From positions 1,738 through 65,737 of the forward strand of contig JBJEJC010000046.1 of assembly GCA_051877675.1 (NCBI GenBank): a stretch of DNA of 64,000 bases, given 5' to 3'. A program made the position numbers and the translations under genes. This DNA comes from Roseburia sp. Its GTDB lineage: Bacteria > Bacillota > Clostridia > Lachnospirales > Lachnospiraceae. The notes beneath the pieces were generated by a model. It saw only the letters and a program-made list of their open reading frames with translations. It did not search any database and had not been told where the DNA came from. Shown piece after piece: positions 9,031 through 19,804 of this stretch (positions within the stretch are counted from its first letter, which is position 1; every line of letters begins with the position of its first letter).

Positions 9031-12000
9031 TTATGTGAAATCAAACAGGGAAAGCTGATTGGATTCCGGCATATCTCCCAGAAGCCCAAGGTCTGCCATC
9101 AGATCAATTACTGTCTTCGTTGCCTTGGTGCGCTGGCGGAAATCATCCTTGGACAGGAATTTTCCGTCCTTTGCTGCCTCCGCAACTGCAATTGCAGCAT
9201 TGTCTCCCATTCCGTCGATGGTGTTCAGCGCCGGCATCAGCTTTCCGTCAAAGATCTGAAAACGATCCGGTTTTGCCCGATAAATATCAATCGGCATGAA
9301 TTCATAACCCCGGGCATACATTTCCTGCACAATTTTCATATCGCGGTACACATCCTGCTCCTTCTTGGAAAGAGAATCCTTGCGCCGCTCATAGTCACGG
9401 CGGAAATACTCCAGCCGTTCTTTTCCCTGACACATAATCTCATAGTTAAATCCGGTGGCACGGATAGAAAAATATGCCGCATAATAGGCAAGCGGATAAA
9501 ACACCTTACAATAAGCAATACGCCATGCCATCATAACGTATGCTGCCGCATGTGCCTTCGGGAACATATATTTAATCTTCAGACAGGAGTCTATGTACCA
9601 TTCCGGTACACCGTGTTCCCGCATCTCTGTCTTCCACTCCTCCTTCAGTCCCTTTCCTTTACGGACAGACTCCATAATTGTAAAAGAAAGCTCACTGTCC
9701 AGTCCCATCTGAATCAGGTAAATCATGATATCGTCTCTGGTACAGATTGCCGTGGAAATGGTGGCAAGTCCCTGCTCGATTAAAGTCTGTGCATTGCCTA
9801 ACCACACATCGGTTCCATGGGACAAGCCGGAAATACGGATCAAATCCGAAAATTCCTGCGGTTTTGCATCAATAACCATCTGCATGGCAAATTCCGTTCC
9901 AAACTCCGGAATTCCGAGGCATCCCAGTGGGCAGCCACCGATATCCTCTGGCTCTACGCCCAGCGCACTGGTATTCTTAAACAACGACATGACGGACTCA
10001 TCATCCAGTGGGATTGTGGTGGGATCAATTCCCGTGAGATCCTGCAGCATTCTTATCATCGTCGGATCATCGTGTCCGAGAATATCAAGTTTTAACAGAT
10101 TGTGATCAATGGAATGGTAATCAAAATGCGTGGTAACTGTGGCGGTCGTCATATCATTTGCCGGGTGCTGCACCGGAGTAAAGGTATTGATTTCCTCCCC
10201 TACCGGGAGCACCACGATACCGCCGGGGTGCTGTCCTGTGGTACGGCGAACCCCCACACAGCCCTGCACAATACGGTCAATCTCGCAATTCCTTTTGCGG
10301 ACTCCACGCTCCTCATAATAATTCTTGATATATCCAAATGCCGTCTTATCCGCCAGCGTACCGATGGTTCCGGCACGGAAAGTCTGACCATACCCGAAAA
10401 TAACCTCGCAATAGGCATGTGCCTTACTCTGGTACTCACCGGAAAAGTTCAGATCAATATCCGGCTCCTTATTTCCTTTGAAACCGAGGAAGGTTTCAAA
10501 CGGAATATCAAAACCGTCTTTTTTTAATTTTTTTCCGCAGACCGGACATATCTTATCCGGCATATCGCAGCCGCCTCTGCCGGAAAAAGCCTTCACCTCC
10601 GGTGAGTCGAAATCACTGTATTTGCAGAATTCACACCGGTAATGTGCCTGCAGGGGATTTACCTCTGTGATACCTGCCATGGTAGCTGCAAAAGAGGAAC
10701 CGACCGAGCCACGGGAGCCCACCAGGTAGCCGTCCTCATTGGATTTCCACACCAGCTTCTGCGCAATGATATACATAACCGCGTAACCATTGGAAATGAT
10801 GGAATTCAATTCCCGGTCCAGACGCTCCTTCACAATAGGTGGAAGTTCCTCCCCGTACATACTGTGGGCTTTGTTATAACAGATATCCCGAAGCATCTGG
10901 TCTGAATTTTCAATGACCGGCGGACACTTGTCCGGACGCACCGGTGAAATCTTCTCACACATATCTGCAATCTTATTCGGATTGGTGATGACCACCTCCT
11001 CCGCTTTGGCACTGCCGAGATATTCAAATTCCTTTAACATTTCCTCTGTGGTACGCAGATAAAGCGGCGCCTGGTCATCCGCATCCTTAAAGCCCTTTCC
11101 TGCCATGATAATCCTGCGGTAAATCTCATCTTCCGGGTCCAGGAAGTGCACATCACAGGTGGCTACCACAAGCTTGTTAAATGTTTCACCAAGTTTTACA
11201 ATCCGGCGGTTCAAATCCATCAATTCCTCTTCCGAATTCACCGGCTCCTTATCGCTTCGCAGCATAAATGCATTGTTGCCGAGAGGCTGAATCTCCAGAT
11301 AGTCATAAAACTTCACCAGCCGGATAATCTCCTCCTCCGGTCTGCCGTTGACTAACGCCCGGTAAAGCTCGCCCGCCTCACATGCCGAACCCAGCAGTAG
11401 TCCCTCGCGGTATTTCACAAATTCACTCTTTGGCACTCTGGGACGTTTACGGTAATAGGTCAAATGGGACAGGGAAACCAGCCGGTAAAGGTTGATTCTG
11501 CCAATATCATTCGTCGCAAGAATGATTGCGTGATAGGTTGGCAGCTTCATCACCGTCTCCGGAGATGTGGAGGACATCTGATTCACCTCATCCAACGTAT
11601 GCATGCCGCGATCCTTCAGCATCTGGATGAACTTCACAAAAATTTCCGCGGTACATCCTGCATCGTCCACCGCACGGTGATGATTTTCCAGTGAAACATT
11701 AAGTGCCTTTGCCACCGTATCCAGCTTAAAATTATTGAGTGCCGGCAAAAGCACACGAGCCAGAACCATGGTGTCGGCAACCGTAAAATCGCAGGACAGT
11801 CCCTGGCGTTCACAATTTTTCCGGATAAAGCTCATATCAAATTCCGCATTGTGCGCTACCATAATCGCGCCCCGGCAAAACTGCATGAACTCCGGCAGAA
11901 TCTCCTCGATTTTGGGCGCATCAAGCACCATCTCGTCATTGATGGAGGTCAGTTCCTCGATGTTGAACGGAATCGGTACCTCCGGGTTGACAAATGTGGA

Positions 12001-13575
12001 AAACCGTTCCGTAATGTTCCCGCCCTCCACCTTCACCGCACCAATCTCGATAATCTTATTTTTCTCCGAGGAAAGTCCGGTCGTCTCCAGATCAAATACC
12101 ACGTAAGTATCGTCTAACTTTTGTCCCCGCGGATTCTCAATAATCTCCTTCAGATCATCCACCAGATAGGCCTCCACACCGTAAATGACCTTGAAATCAT
12201 CGTCCGGCGAAAGTGCATGATTCGCATCCGGAAATGCCTGTACATCCCCGTGATCGGTGATTGCGATTGCCTTATGCCCCCATTTCATGGCACGCTTTAC
12301 AATATCCTTCACATCGGAAACGCCATCCATATCGCTCATCTTGGTATGGCAATGAAGCTCCACCCGCTTCTCCGGGCTGGTGTCCATACGGGTCGTGGTG
12401 AAATCCGCTGTCTTTTTGATTCCCACAATGGAACCGATGGTCAGCTCGCTGTCAAATTTGTCAATGGTTGTGACACCCTTAATCTTTAAAAATGCCCCCT
12501 TGGTCAATCCTCCCATCAATTCCGGAAGATTTTCGTTTCTTGAAAAAATTTTCAGCACAATGGAATCCGTAAAATCCGTCACAGACATAATCACAATGGT
12601 TTTTTCGTTTCGGATTTCTCTGGTCTCCACGCTCATCACCTGGCAGCGTATGGTAACCTCACCCATCTCACCCACAATCTTCTCAATGGCAATGGGTTCA
12701 TCATCAAAATCCCGCCCGTAAATCACATCCGGGTTATCCGACTTCTTATAATTACCACCGTCATACTTTTTCCGGAATTCCCGTTTCTCGCCGCTGGCTC
12801 CGGCACCTTCCCCAACTTTTCCGGGAAATGAATCTTTTCCTGCATTTGATGTCGTTTTTGCATAATCCTTTGCAGATTTAGCCGAACCGGTGCTTTTCTC
12901 CGCTGTACCCTGAGGTGCTTTGCTCTGCTCTCCACCACTGCCATTTTCCCCGTCTGCCTCTGATGCCGAAAATCCCTCCCCATCATCCGCAGTCAGATGC
13001 ACCTTTTTCATAATATTGTGAATCTCAAACTGAATCTGCAAATCACTGTTTTTCTTATGCTTGCTTTCCTTTGGCTCCTCATAGGCAAGCTCCACCGCCA
13101 GATCCAAACCACAGCGTTCACAGATTACCTTCTCGAGAAATTCTACAATCTCATGTGCCCTGGTCTGGGCAATAATCGTATTTTCCAGCGTCAGCACCAT
13201 ATGCTTTTCATCGGAAAATTCCATCTTAGAACCGCGAAGCAGATTATATTCCATCAGGCTGTAATTTTTCAGTTCCTCCAGCATACTGTCCTTATAGAGA
13301 TCCAACAGTTTCTCCGGGGTATACTGCTCGGACAACTGGTATTTCTCAATGACCTTCACATCCATATTTTTTCCCTTGAAGATCTGGTCACGGATTGCAT
13401 CTTCCAACTGGTAGATTTTGTTTTTATGTATCAGACGGCTGCTACTTAAATAAATGCGGATATGATCCTTCTCATGGTTCATACCCACCTTGGTAACCTC
13501 CGCCTCCGCCAACAGTTTTTTCATATCCCCTTCTACTGTCAGTGTCGGGAAAACATCAAAAAACAGCTTGTTCAT
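9031..13575 (-). CDS. polC: DNA polymerase III PolC-type
   Basis: OB fold, PHP motif ELHCHTKMSDMDG, exonuclease VFDLETTG, GYLVGSRGSVGSS, Zn finger CxxC...CxxC, PDIDLNFSG, YMFPKAHAAAY. Confidence 0.99.
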   Translation of the reverse strand: MNKLFFDVFPTLTVEGDMKKLLAEAEVTKVGMNHEKDHIRIYLSSSRLIHKNKIYQLEDAIRDQIFKGKNMDVKVIEKYQLSEQYTPEKLLDLYKDSMLEELKNYSLMEYNLLRGSKMEFSDEKHMVLTLENTIIAQTRAHEIVEFLEKVICERCGLDLAVELAYEEPKESKHKKNSDLQIQFEIHNIMKKVHLTADDGEGFSASEADGENGSGGEQSKAPQGTAEKSTGSAKSAKDYAKTTSNAGKDSFPGKVGEGAGASGEKREFRKKYDGGNYKKSDNPDVIYGRDFDDEPIAIEKIVGEMGEVTIRCQVMSVETREIRNEKTIVIMSVTDFTDSIVLKIFSRNENLPELMGGLTKGAFLKIKGVTTIDKFDSELTIGSIVGIKKTADFTTTRMDTSPEKRVELHCHTKMSDMDGVSDVKDIVKRAMKWGHKAIAITDHGDVQAFPDANHALSPDDDFKVIYGVEAYLVDDLKEIIENPRGQKLDDTYVVFDLETTGLSSEKNKIIEIGAVKVEGGNITERFSTFVNPEVPIPFNIEELTSINDEMVLDAPKIEEILPEFMQFCRGAIMVAHNAEFDMSFIRKNCERQGLSCDFTVADTMVLARVLLPALNNFKLDTVAKALNVSLENHHRAVDDAGCTAEIFVKFIQMLKDRGMHTLDEVNQMSSTSPETVMKLPTYHAIILATNDIGRINLYRLVSLSHLTYYRKRPRVPKSEFVKYREGLLLGSACEAGELYRALVNGRPEEEIIRLVKFYDYLEIQPLGNNAFMLRSDKEPVNSEEELMDLNRRIVKLGETFNKLVVATCDVHFLDPEDEIYRRIIMAGKGFKDADDQAPLYLRTTEEMLKEFEYLGSAKAEEVVITNPNKIADMCEKISPVRPDKCPPVIENSDQMLRDICYNKAHSMYGEELPPIVKERLDRELNSIISNGYAVMYIIAQKLVWKSNEDGYLVGSRGSVGSSFAATMAGITEVNPLQAHYRCEFCKYSDFDSPEVKAFSGRGGCDMPDKICPVCGKKLKKDGFDIPFETFLGFKGNKEPDIDLNFSGEYQSKAHAYCEVIFGYGQTFRAGTIGTLADKTAFGYIKNYYEERGVRKRNCEIDRIVQGCVGVRRTTGQHPGGIVVLPVGEEINTFTPVQHPANDMTTATVTTHFDYHSIDHNLLKLDILGHDDPTMIRMLQDLTGIDPTTIPLDDESVMSLFKNTSALGVEPEDIGGCPLGCLGIPEFGTEFAMQMVIDAKPQEFSDLIRISGLSHGTDVWLGNAQTLIEQGLATISTAICTRDDIMIYLIQMGLDSELSFTIMESVRKGKGLKEEWKTEMREHGVPEWYIDSCLKIKYMFPKAHAAAYVMMAWRIAYCKVFYPLAYYAAYFSIRATGFNYEIMCQGKERLEYFRRDYERRKDSLSKKEQDVYRDMKIVQEMYARGYEFMPIDIYRAKPDRFQIFDGKLMPALNTIDGMGDNAAIAVAEAAKDGKFLSKDDFRQRTKATKTVIDLMADLGLLGDMPESNQLSLFDFT

Positions 13576-13590
13576 CGTTCTTCACATCCT

Positions 13591-14634
13591 CTATTCGTTC
13601 CAGTGCAGCAGTTCCTCCCGCAGTGCGCCCAGAAGTTCTGCCTCCGGCACCTTCTTATACACCTCGCCGTGCTTGATAATCAGTCCCTCACCGATACCGC
13701 CGGCAATTCCAATGTCCGCTTCCTTCGCCTCTCCGGGTCCGTTCACCACGCAGCCCATGACAGCCACCTTAATATCCAGCGGAATATCCGCCACCATATT
13801 CTCCACCTGATTCGCCAGCTCAATCAGGTTAATGCGCGTTCTCCCGCAGGTGGGACAGGACACCACCTCAATGCCGCCCTTGCGCAGTCCCAATGTCCGT
13901 AAAATCAGCTTTGCAGACTTCACTTCCTCCAGCGGATCTCCGGTCAGGGAAACCCGGATGGTATCCCCGATTCCCTGATGCAGAATCAGCCCCAGTCCAA
14001 TCGAAGATTTGATGTTTCCGCTGATGATGGTACCTGCCTCGGTGATTCCTACATGAAGGGGATGATCGGTCTGCTCTGCAATCAGTTCATGTGCCCTCAC
14101 ACACATCAGCACATCGGAAGACTTAATACTGATGACCAGATTGTCGTAACCCATATCTTCTATCAGGTGTACCTTGTCCAACGCACTTTCCACAATGCCC
14201 TCCGCAGTGACACCATGATATTTCTCCACAAGTTCCTTTTCCAGGGAACCACTGTTGACTCCCACACGGATGGGAATGTTCCGCTCCTTTGCCACATCCA
14301 CCACCGCTTTAACGCGCTCCATGGCTCCGATATTGCCCGGATTAATCCGTATTTTATCGGCCCCATGCTCCATGGCAGCAATTGCCAGCCGGTAATCAAA
14401 ATGGATATCCGCCACCAGGGGAATTGAAATCTGTTTCTTAATTTCCGTCAGTGCCTCCGCTGCCTCCATCGTGGGCACCGCACAGCGGATAATATCACAC
14501 CCCGCCGCCGCAAGCTTCTGAATCTGCGCCACGGTGGCTGCCACGTCCTCTGTCTTTGTATTTGTCATGGACTGGATTAAAATCGGATTGCCTCCTCCGA
14601 TAATCCGGTCACCGATTTTCACTGTTTTTGTCAT
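13591..14634 (-). CDS. ispG: (E)-4-hydroxy-3-methylbut-2-enyl-diphosphate synthase
   Basis: IQSMTNT, PLVADIHFDY, RINPGNIG, SCPTCGR, AVMGCVVNGPGEA. Confidence 0.98.
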   Translation of the reverse strand: MTKTVKIGDRIIGGGNPILIQSMTNTKTEDVAATVAQIQKLAAAGCDIIRCAVPTMEAAEALTEIKKQISIPLVADIHFDYRLAIAAMEHGADKIRINPGNIGAMERVKAVVDVAKERNIPIRVGVNSGSLEKELVEKYHGVTAEGIVESALDKVHLIEDMGYDNLVISIKSSDVLMCVRAHELIAEQTDHPLHVGITEAGTIISGNIKSSIGLGLILHQGIGDTIRVSLTGDPLEEVKSAKLILRTLGLRKGGIEVVSCPTCGRTRINLIELANQVENMVADIPLDIKVAVMGCVVNGPGEAKEADIGIAGGIGEGLIIKHGEVYKKVPEAELLGALREELLHWNE

Positions 14635-14679
14635 TTTCCCCTCCATTTAAAACATTTCTATCCTCTCATATACACCGGA

Positions 14680-15717
14680 CTATGCAAAGAAAATCCGGCG
14701 GATATCGTTAAACATCACTACCACCATAAGAACCATCAAAAGGGCAAATCCAATAAAATGAACCATTCCTTCTTTGTCGGGGTCCACCGGTTTCTTGCGG
14801 ATTCCCTCGATGATAAGAAATACCAGTCTTCCTCCGTCTAAGGCAGGCAACGGAAGCAGATTCATAACCCCAAGATTGGCGGATAACAGAACAGCAATAT
14901 ATAACATCTGTAGAAATGCCTGGAAATAACCATAGGAAACACTCTGCTCATAGCTGTCCCCAATCACATCGATAATCCCCACCGGTCCGCTTAAATCATT
15001 GACCGTATATGCCCCGGTAACAAGCATCTTAAGGCTCGATAAGGTTACCGAAATCCAGTATTTTACCTCATATACACTGTACTTCAGATTATCAAAAAAA
15101 CCTCCCTTTACCCCCTGCAAACTTCCCACAAAGCCATAAAGGTATCGTCCGGTGCTCTCATCGTAGGTAGGCGTCAACGTGGTGGTATATCGCTCTCCGT
15201 CCCGCTCGTAGGTAACCTCCACCGACTCTCCCGCATGAAAGGAAGAATAGGAGCTTACCTCCCGGTAAAAATGAATACGGGTGTGATTCATCTTAACAAT
15301 CACATCTCCCGCCTGCATTCCGGCAGCCTCCGCTGCATAGCCCTCCGTCACGTCCGTTAGTACGGGCAGGTCATATCCTACATTGCAGGTGACAATCACG
15401 GCAAAGAGAAATGCCATGATAAAGTTAAAAACCGGTCCTGCCGCCACGACGCTGATTCGCGCCGGAACCGACTTATTGTTGAAAGCACGACTGTCGCTGC
15501 TCTCGGTATCCTCACCTTCCATCATACAGGCACCGCCGAAGGGAAGCAATTTTAAGGAATATTTCGTCTCTCCTGCCTGAAAACCAAACAACGTGGGTCC
15601 GAGTCCCAGACTGAACTCATTAACCCGGATTCCGTTTGCCTTTGCCAGCAGGAAATGTCCCAGCTCGTGAAATATAATAATGATACTGAATATTAGTAAC
15701 GCAATAATAATTTTCAT
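14680..15717 (-). CDS. rseP: RIP metalloprotease RseP
   Basis: HELGH, AGPVFN, a PDZ domain and NLLPLPALDGG; located between dxr and ispG. Confidence 0.95.
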   Translation of the reverse strand: MKIIIALLIFSIIIIFHELGHFLLAKANGIRVNEFSLGLGPTLFGFQAGETKYSLKLLPFGGACMMEGEDTESSDSRAFNNKSVPARISVVAAGPVFNFIMAFLFAVIVTCNVGYDLPVLTDVTEGYAAEAAGMQAGDVIVKMNHTRIHFYREVSSYSSFHAGESVEVTYERDGERYTTTLTPTYDESTGRYLYGFVGSLQGVKGGFFDNLKYSVYEVKYWISVTLSSLKMLVTGAYTVNDLSGPVGIIDVIGDSYEQSVSYGYFQAFLQMLYIAVLLSANLGVMNLLPLPALDGGRLVFLIIEGIRKKPVDPDKEGMVHFIGFALLMVLMVVVMFNDIRRIFFA

Positions 15718-15720
15718 CAA

Positions 15721-16866
15721 TCAAAAAACCTTTCCGTCGATATACTCATATACTGCCGCCTCAGTGGCAAGAATCTGCTCCACGTCCGGAGCATCCATAT
15801 AAGCCATCTCCTCCATACACGCCTCAATAATCTCTGTAATTTCAGGATAACGAATTTTCCGTTCCAGGAACAATGCCACTGCCCGTTCATTTGCTGCATT
15901 GAAAACCGTGGGAATATTCCCGCCCCTTCGCATGGCATCATAGGCCAATGCCAATCCCCGGAAGGTATCGGTATCCGGTTTCTCAAAAGTAAGACTTCCC
16001 AGTTCAAACAAATCCAGCCTCTTACCCGATAAGTTCCGGCGTTCTGGGTAATATAACGCATACTGGATGGGCAGACGCATATCCGGTGTGCCGAGCTGGG
16101 CAATCACCGCGCCGTCCTCATATTCCACCGCAGAATGAATCACGCTCTGGGGATGAACCACCACCTGAATTTGGTCTAACTCCGCACCAAACAGCCACTT
16201 TGCCTCCATAACCTCCAGCCCCTTATTCACCAATGTGGAGGAATCAATGGTAATTTTCTTTCCCATGGACCAGTTCGGATGCTTTAAGGCATCCTCGGGC
16301 AGAATATTCTCCAGTTCCTCCCGCTTTTTCCCACGGAAGGGACCGCCGGATGCAGTCAGAAGAATCCGATGGAGCTTATTCCCCTCATTTCCCTGCAGTG
16401 ACTGAAAAATCGCACTGTGTTCGCTGTCCACAGGAAGAATAGGAACCTGATGCTCCTTTGCCAGTGGCATAATGATATGCCCGGCCGTCACCAGAGTCTC
16501 TTTATTCGCAAGAGCAATCGCTTTTCCGGCACAAATGGCTGCAATGGTGGGACGTATTCCAACCATCCCTACAATCGCAGTAACAAGTATCTCACTGTCC
16601 GGATACTCCGCCACCTCAATCAGTCCATCCATTCCACAGACAACACGCACCGGTAAATCTGCAACCTTTGTCCGGAGCTCCGCTGCTTTCTTCTCCTCTC
16701 CCACACATACCAATACGGGTGAAAACTCACGGATCTGCTTTTCCAGCAATTCAATATTACTGCCGGCAGCCATTGCCACCACCTGAATATCTCCCTGTTC
16801 CCGCACTATATCCAATGTCTGGGTTCCGATTGATCCTGTGGAACCTAAAATTGCTATTTTTTTCAT
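15721..16866 (-). CDS. dxr: 1-deoxy-D-xylulose-5-phosphate reductoisomerase
   Basis: LGSTGSIG, LANKE, PVDSEHSAIFQ, TASGGPFR, HPNWSMGKKITIDS. Confidence 0.98.
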   Translation of the reverse strand: MKKIAILGSTGSIGTQTLDIVREQGDIQVVAMAAGSNIELLEKQIREFSPVLVCVGEEKKAAELRTKVADLPVRVVCGMDGLIEVAEYPDSEILVTAIVGMVGIRPTIAAICAGKAIALANKETLVTAGHIIMPLAKEHQVPILPVDSEHSAIFQSLQGNEGNKLHRILLTASGGPFRGKKREELENILPEDALKHPNWSMGKKITIDSSTLVNKGLEVMEAKWLFGAELDQIQVVVHPQSVIHSAVEYEDGAVIAQLGTPDMRLPIQYALYYPERRNLSGKRLDLFELGSLTFEKPDTDTFRGLALAYDAMRRGGNIPTVFNAANERAVALFLERKIRYPEITEIIEACMEEMAYMDAPDVEQILATEAAVYEYIDGKVF

Positions 16867-16886
16867 ATGCTTTCCCTGCCGTTTTC

Positions 16887-17693
16887 CTATAATCTGATCA
16901 GACCGGATGCCAGAAAGTAAATAATCGGAGCCGTAAAAATCACACTGTCGAACCGGTCTAAGATTCCTCCGTGCCCCGGAATCAGTTTTCCGTAATCCTT
17001 AATCCCGTAATTGCGCTTAATCGCAGAGGCCGCCAGATCACCCACCATGGAAATCAAAGCTCCCACTCCGCTGATAGCCGCAAGAATCCAGATGTGTTCC
17101 GCAGTAATCCCCATCGCTTCACGGAAAACTGCCGCATACAAGGCAGTGAGCAGCACCGCTCCCGCCACTCCGCCTACGGCACCCTCCACCGATTTCTTAG
17201 GGCTTAATTTCGGAGACATCTTGTGCTTTCCAAACAGTACACCCACACAGTAGGCGCAGGTATCGCATCCCCAGGAGCACAGAAAAATCATCCATACGAT
17301 GTATGCCCCCGCCGCAAGCTGTCTGGTCTGATAAACATAAGACAGCATCACCGCCACATAGAACACACCAAAGAATACCGCCAGAATCTGTTCGGTACGA
17401 AACTTGGGATAGCGGAACACATAGACCGCCATCAGAAGAATCAATAGCCCCAGCACAAGCATCATCTGCTCCGGTACAAAATGAAACCGTAAATCTGCAT
17501 AGTACACCGCTGCAGCTCCATACCCTATCAATGCCGGCAGAGATTTCTCCATCCGGAAAATCCGATACAGTTCAAACATTCCGATCCAGGAAATCACCAG
17601 TGTGGACAGTAACAGAACATCTCCACCTGTTATAATCAGGAGTAATGCCAGCACAACCAGCACAATCCCGCTAAGCAACCTTGTCTTAAACAT
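16887..17693 (-). CDS. cdsA: Phosphatidate cytidylyltransferase
   Basis: SPKKSVEG and KDYGKLIPGHGGILDRFDS; polytopic membrane protein. Confidence 0.96.
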   Translation of the reverse strand: MFKTRLLSGIVLVVLALLLIITGGDVLLLSTLVISWIGMFELYRIFRMEKSLPALIGYGAAAVYYADLRFHFVPEQMMLVLGLLILLMAVYVFRYPKFRTEQILAVFFGVFYVAVMLSYVYQTRQLAAGAYIVWMIFLCSWGCDTCAYCVGVLFGKHKMSPKLSPKKSVEGAVGGVAGAVLLTALYAAVFREAMGITAEHIWILAAISGVGALISMVGDLAASAIKRNYGIKDYGKLIPGHGGILDRFDSVIFTAPIIYFLASGLIRL

Positions 17694-17710
17694 TCCGACA
17701 CCCCCGCTAT

Positions 17711-18421
17711 CTATCGTTCTTCCGCAATTTTACCGAATCGTCTGTCTCTGCTATTATACGCCTCCACAGCCTTTTCCAATTCCTTTTTATCAAAATCCGG
17801 CCACGGAACCTCCGTAAAATAGAACTCACTGTAGGCCAACTGCCATAAGAGATAGTTGGAAAGACGCTGTTCCCCACTGGTTCGAATCAAAAGATCCGGA
17901 TCGGGAATATCTGCAGTATCCAGATATTTTTCAAAAAGCTCCTCATCAATCTCCTCTACACTGTGTTTTCCGCCGACCACATCCTGACACATACGCCTCA
18001 TCCCGCGGATCATCTCATCCCGGCTGCCATAATTGATGGCAATCTGAAGATTCAGTCCGTCATACCCTGCAGACGTCTCCTCCAGCTCCGCAATTTGTTT
18101 CTGAAACTGCTCAGTCAGGCGGCTCCGATCTCCAATCACCCGAACCCGCATATTATTCTTTGCTGCCGTCTTTGTACAGTTCTTCAAATAACTTTCCAGA
18201 AGCTTCATCAGTGCCTGTACCTCAGACTCCGGACGATTCCAGTTCTCCGTAGAAAATGCATACAATGTCAGATAGCGGATTCCCATCTCGTGAGCCGCCC
18301 TGCAGATTGTCTCCACATTCTTAGCCCCCACCGTATGGCCATAGTTCCGGGGCATCCCCTTGCTCTTTGCCCAGCGTCCGTTTCCATCCAAAATAATCGC
18401 AACATGTTGTGGTATCTTCAT
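17711..18421 (-). CDS. uppS: Undecaprenyl diphosphate synthase
   Basis: HVAIILDGNGRWA, YAFSTENWNRP, DLLIRTSGEQRLSNYLLWQ. Confidence 0.97.
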   Translation of the reverse strand: MKIPQHVAIILDGNGRWAKSKGMPRNYGHTVGAKNVETICRAAHEMGIRYLTLYAFSTENWNRPESEVQALMKLLESYLKNCTKTAAKNNMRVRVIGDRSRLTEQFQKQIAELEETSAGYDGLNLQIAINYGSRDEMIRGMRRMCQDVVGGKHSVEEIDEELFEKYLDTADIPDPDLLIRTSGEQRLSNYLLWQLAYSEFYFTEVPWPDFDKKELEKAVEAYNSRDRRFGKIAEER

Positions 18422-18482
18422 AACCTTTCCAGCCTTCCTGCGCTTTTATACTTTAATCTGACAATCCCTACTCCAATGATTG

Positions 18483-18522
18483 AAAAAATGAGGACACGCT
18501 TTCCGTCATGTCCCCACATTTT
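18483..18522 (-). terminator. Rho-independent terminator after frr
   Basis: Minus strand AAAATGTGGGGACA-loop-TGTCCTCATTTTTT. Confidence 0.6.
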
Positions 18523-18530
18523 CTGATATT

Positions 18531-19085
18531 CTATACAGTAAGAATTTCCTTGGACTTTGCCTCGACAGCCTTATCCACCTCAGCGATGTATTTGTCTGTC
18601 AGCTTCTGTGCCTTATCCTCCAATTCCTTGATTTCATCCTCAGACACATCAGCCGATTTGCTGAGTTTCTTGAAAGAATCATTGGCGTCACGGCGGATAT
18701 TGCGAATTGCAACCTTGGCATTCTCGCCCTTTTTCTTTACTTCTTTGGCAAGCTCCTTACGTCTCTCCTCGGTAAGCTCCGGAAACAGTAAACGCACTAC
18801 CTTGCCGTCATTGGTCGGATTAATTCCCAGATCCGAGGTCATGATTGCTTTCTCAATCTCTTTGACCATGGATGCCTCCCAAGGCTGAATCTGAATCATT
18901 CTGGGTTCCGGAACACTGACGTTGGCAACCTGCTGAATCGCAGTGGGTGTCCCATAATAATCCACACGCAACTTATCAAGCACATGCGGATTTGCACGTC
19001 CGGCGCGGATACTTCCGAACTCCTCGGATAAGTTGTTCATTGTTTTCTGCATCTTTTCGTCAAACTGAGCTAATCTCTCATCCAT
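18531..19085 (-). CDS. frr: Ribosome recycling factor
   Basis: IRAGRANP, VDYYG, PELTEERRKEL, IRNIRRDAN. Confidence 0.98.
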   Translation of the reverse strand: MDERLAQFDEKMQKTMNNLSEEFGSIRAGRANPHVLDKLRVDYYGTPTAIQQVANVSVPEPRMIQIQPWEASMVKEIEKAIMTSDLGINPTNDGKVVRLLFPELTEERRKELAKEVKKKGENAKVAIRNIRRDANDSFKKLSKSADVSEDEIKELEDKAQKLTDKYIAEVDKAVEAKSKEILTV

Positions 19086-19105
19086 ATCAAAAACCTATGC
19101 CTTTC

Positions 19106-19801
19106 CTATACCGTGACCTTCGTGCCGTTAAACGCTCCCGTCATGGCATTCACGATACTATTTTTTTCATTTAAGCCAAATACATACATTGGCATCTTAT
19201 TCTCCATACACATAATGGAGGCAGTCAGATCCACCACTGCAAGCTTCTTGTCAATGACTTCCTGAATGGAAACCTCATCGTATTTCACCGCATTGGGATT
19301 CGTTTTGGGATCGCTGTCATAGACACCGTCGATCGCCTTGGCAAGATAAATACCATCTGCTTCCATTTCAATAGCGCGAAGCACAATTCCGGTGTCGGTG
19401 GAAAAATAAGGATGTCCTGTCCCTCCTGCAAAGAATACCACCATACCCTTTGCAAAATATTTATTGGCACGATCCTTTGAAAAAAGCTTTGTCATGCTCC
19501 CACATTCAAACGGAGTTAAGATCTGTGTCATCATACCCACAGAGCGGAAAATCTCAGATACGTAGATACAGTTCATGATTGTAGCAAGCATACCAATCTG
19601 ATCTGCCTTGGTACGGTCAATATTCTCACTGGTTCTTCCACGCCAGAAATTGCCCCCGCCGATTACAATTCCCACCTGAACACCGCTGTCTGTAATCTGC
19701 TTTACCTGCTTTGCTACTTCCGTCACAGTAGCCTCGTCAAAGCCAGTATGCTTTTCCCCTGCCAGGGCTTCACCGCTTAATTTTAATAAAACGCGCTTCA
19801 T
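19106..19801 (-). CDS. pyrH: Uridylate kinase
   Basis: RVLLKLSGEAL, GGGNFWRG, GTGHPYFSTDT. Confidence 0.98.
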   Translation of the reverse strand: MKRVLLKLSGEALAGEKHTGFDEATVTEVAKQVKQITDSGVQVGIVIGGGNFWRGRTSENIDRTKADQIGMLATIMNCIYVSEIFRSVGMMTQILTPFECGSMTKLFSKDRANKYFAKGMVVFFAGGTGHPYFSTDTGIVLRAIEMEADGIYLAKAIDGVYDSDPKTNPNAVKYDEVSIQEVIDKKLAVVDLTASIMCMENKMPMYVFGLNEKNSIVNAMTGAFNGTKVTV

Positions 19802-19804
19802 GAT

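Noticed and set aside
12720-13000. Possible intein or insertion making PolC long (1514 aa)
   Set aside because: The extra sequence is a low-complexity Gly/Ser/Glu/Lys linker before the OB domain. There are no intein splice motifs or homing-endonuclease signature, and all PolC motifs are in order.
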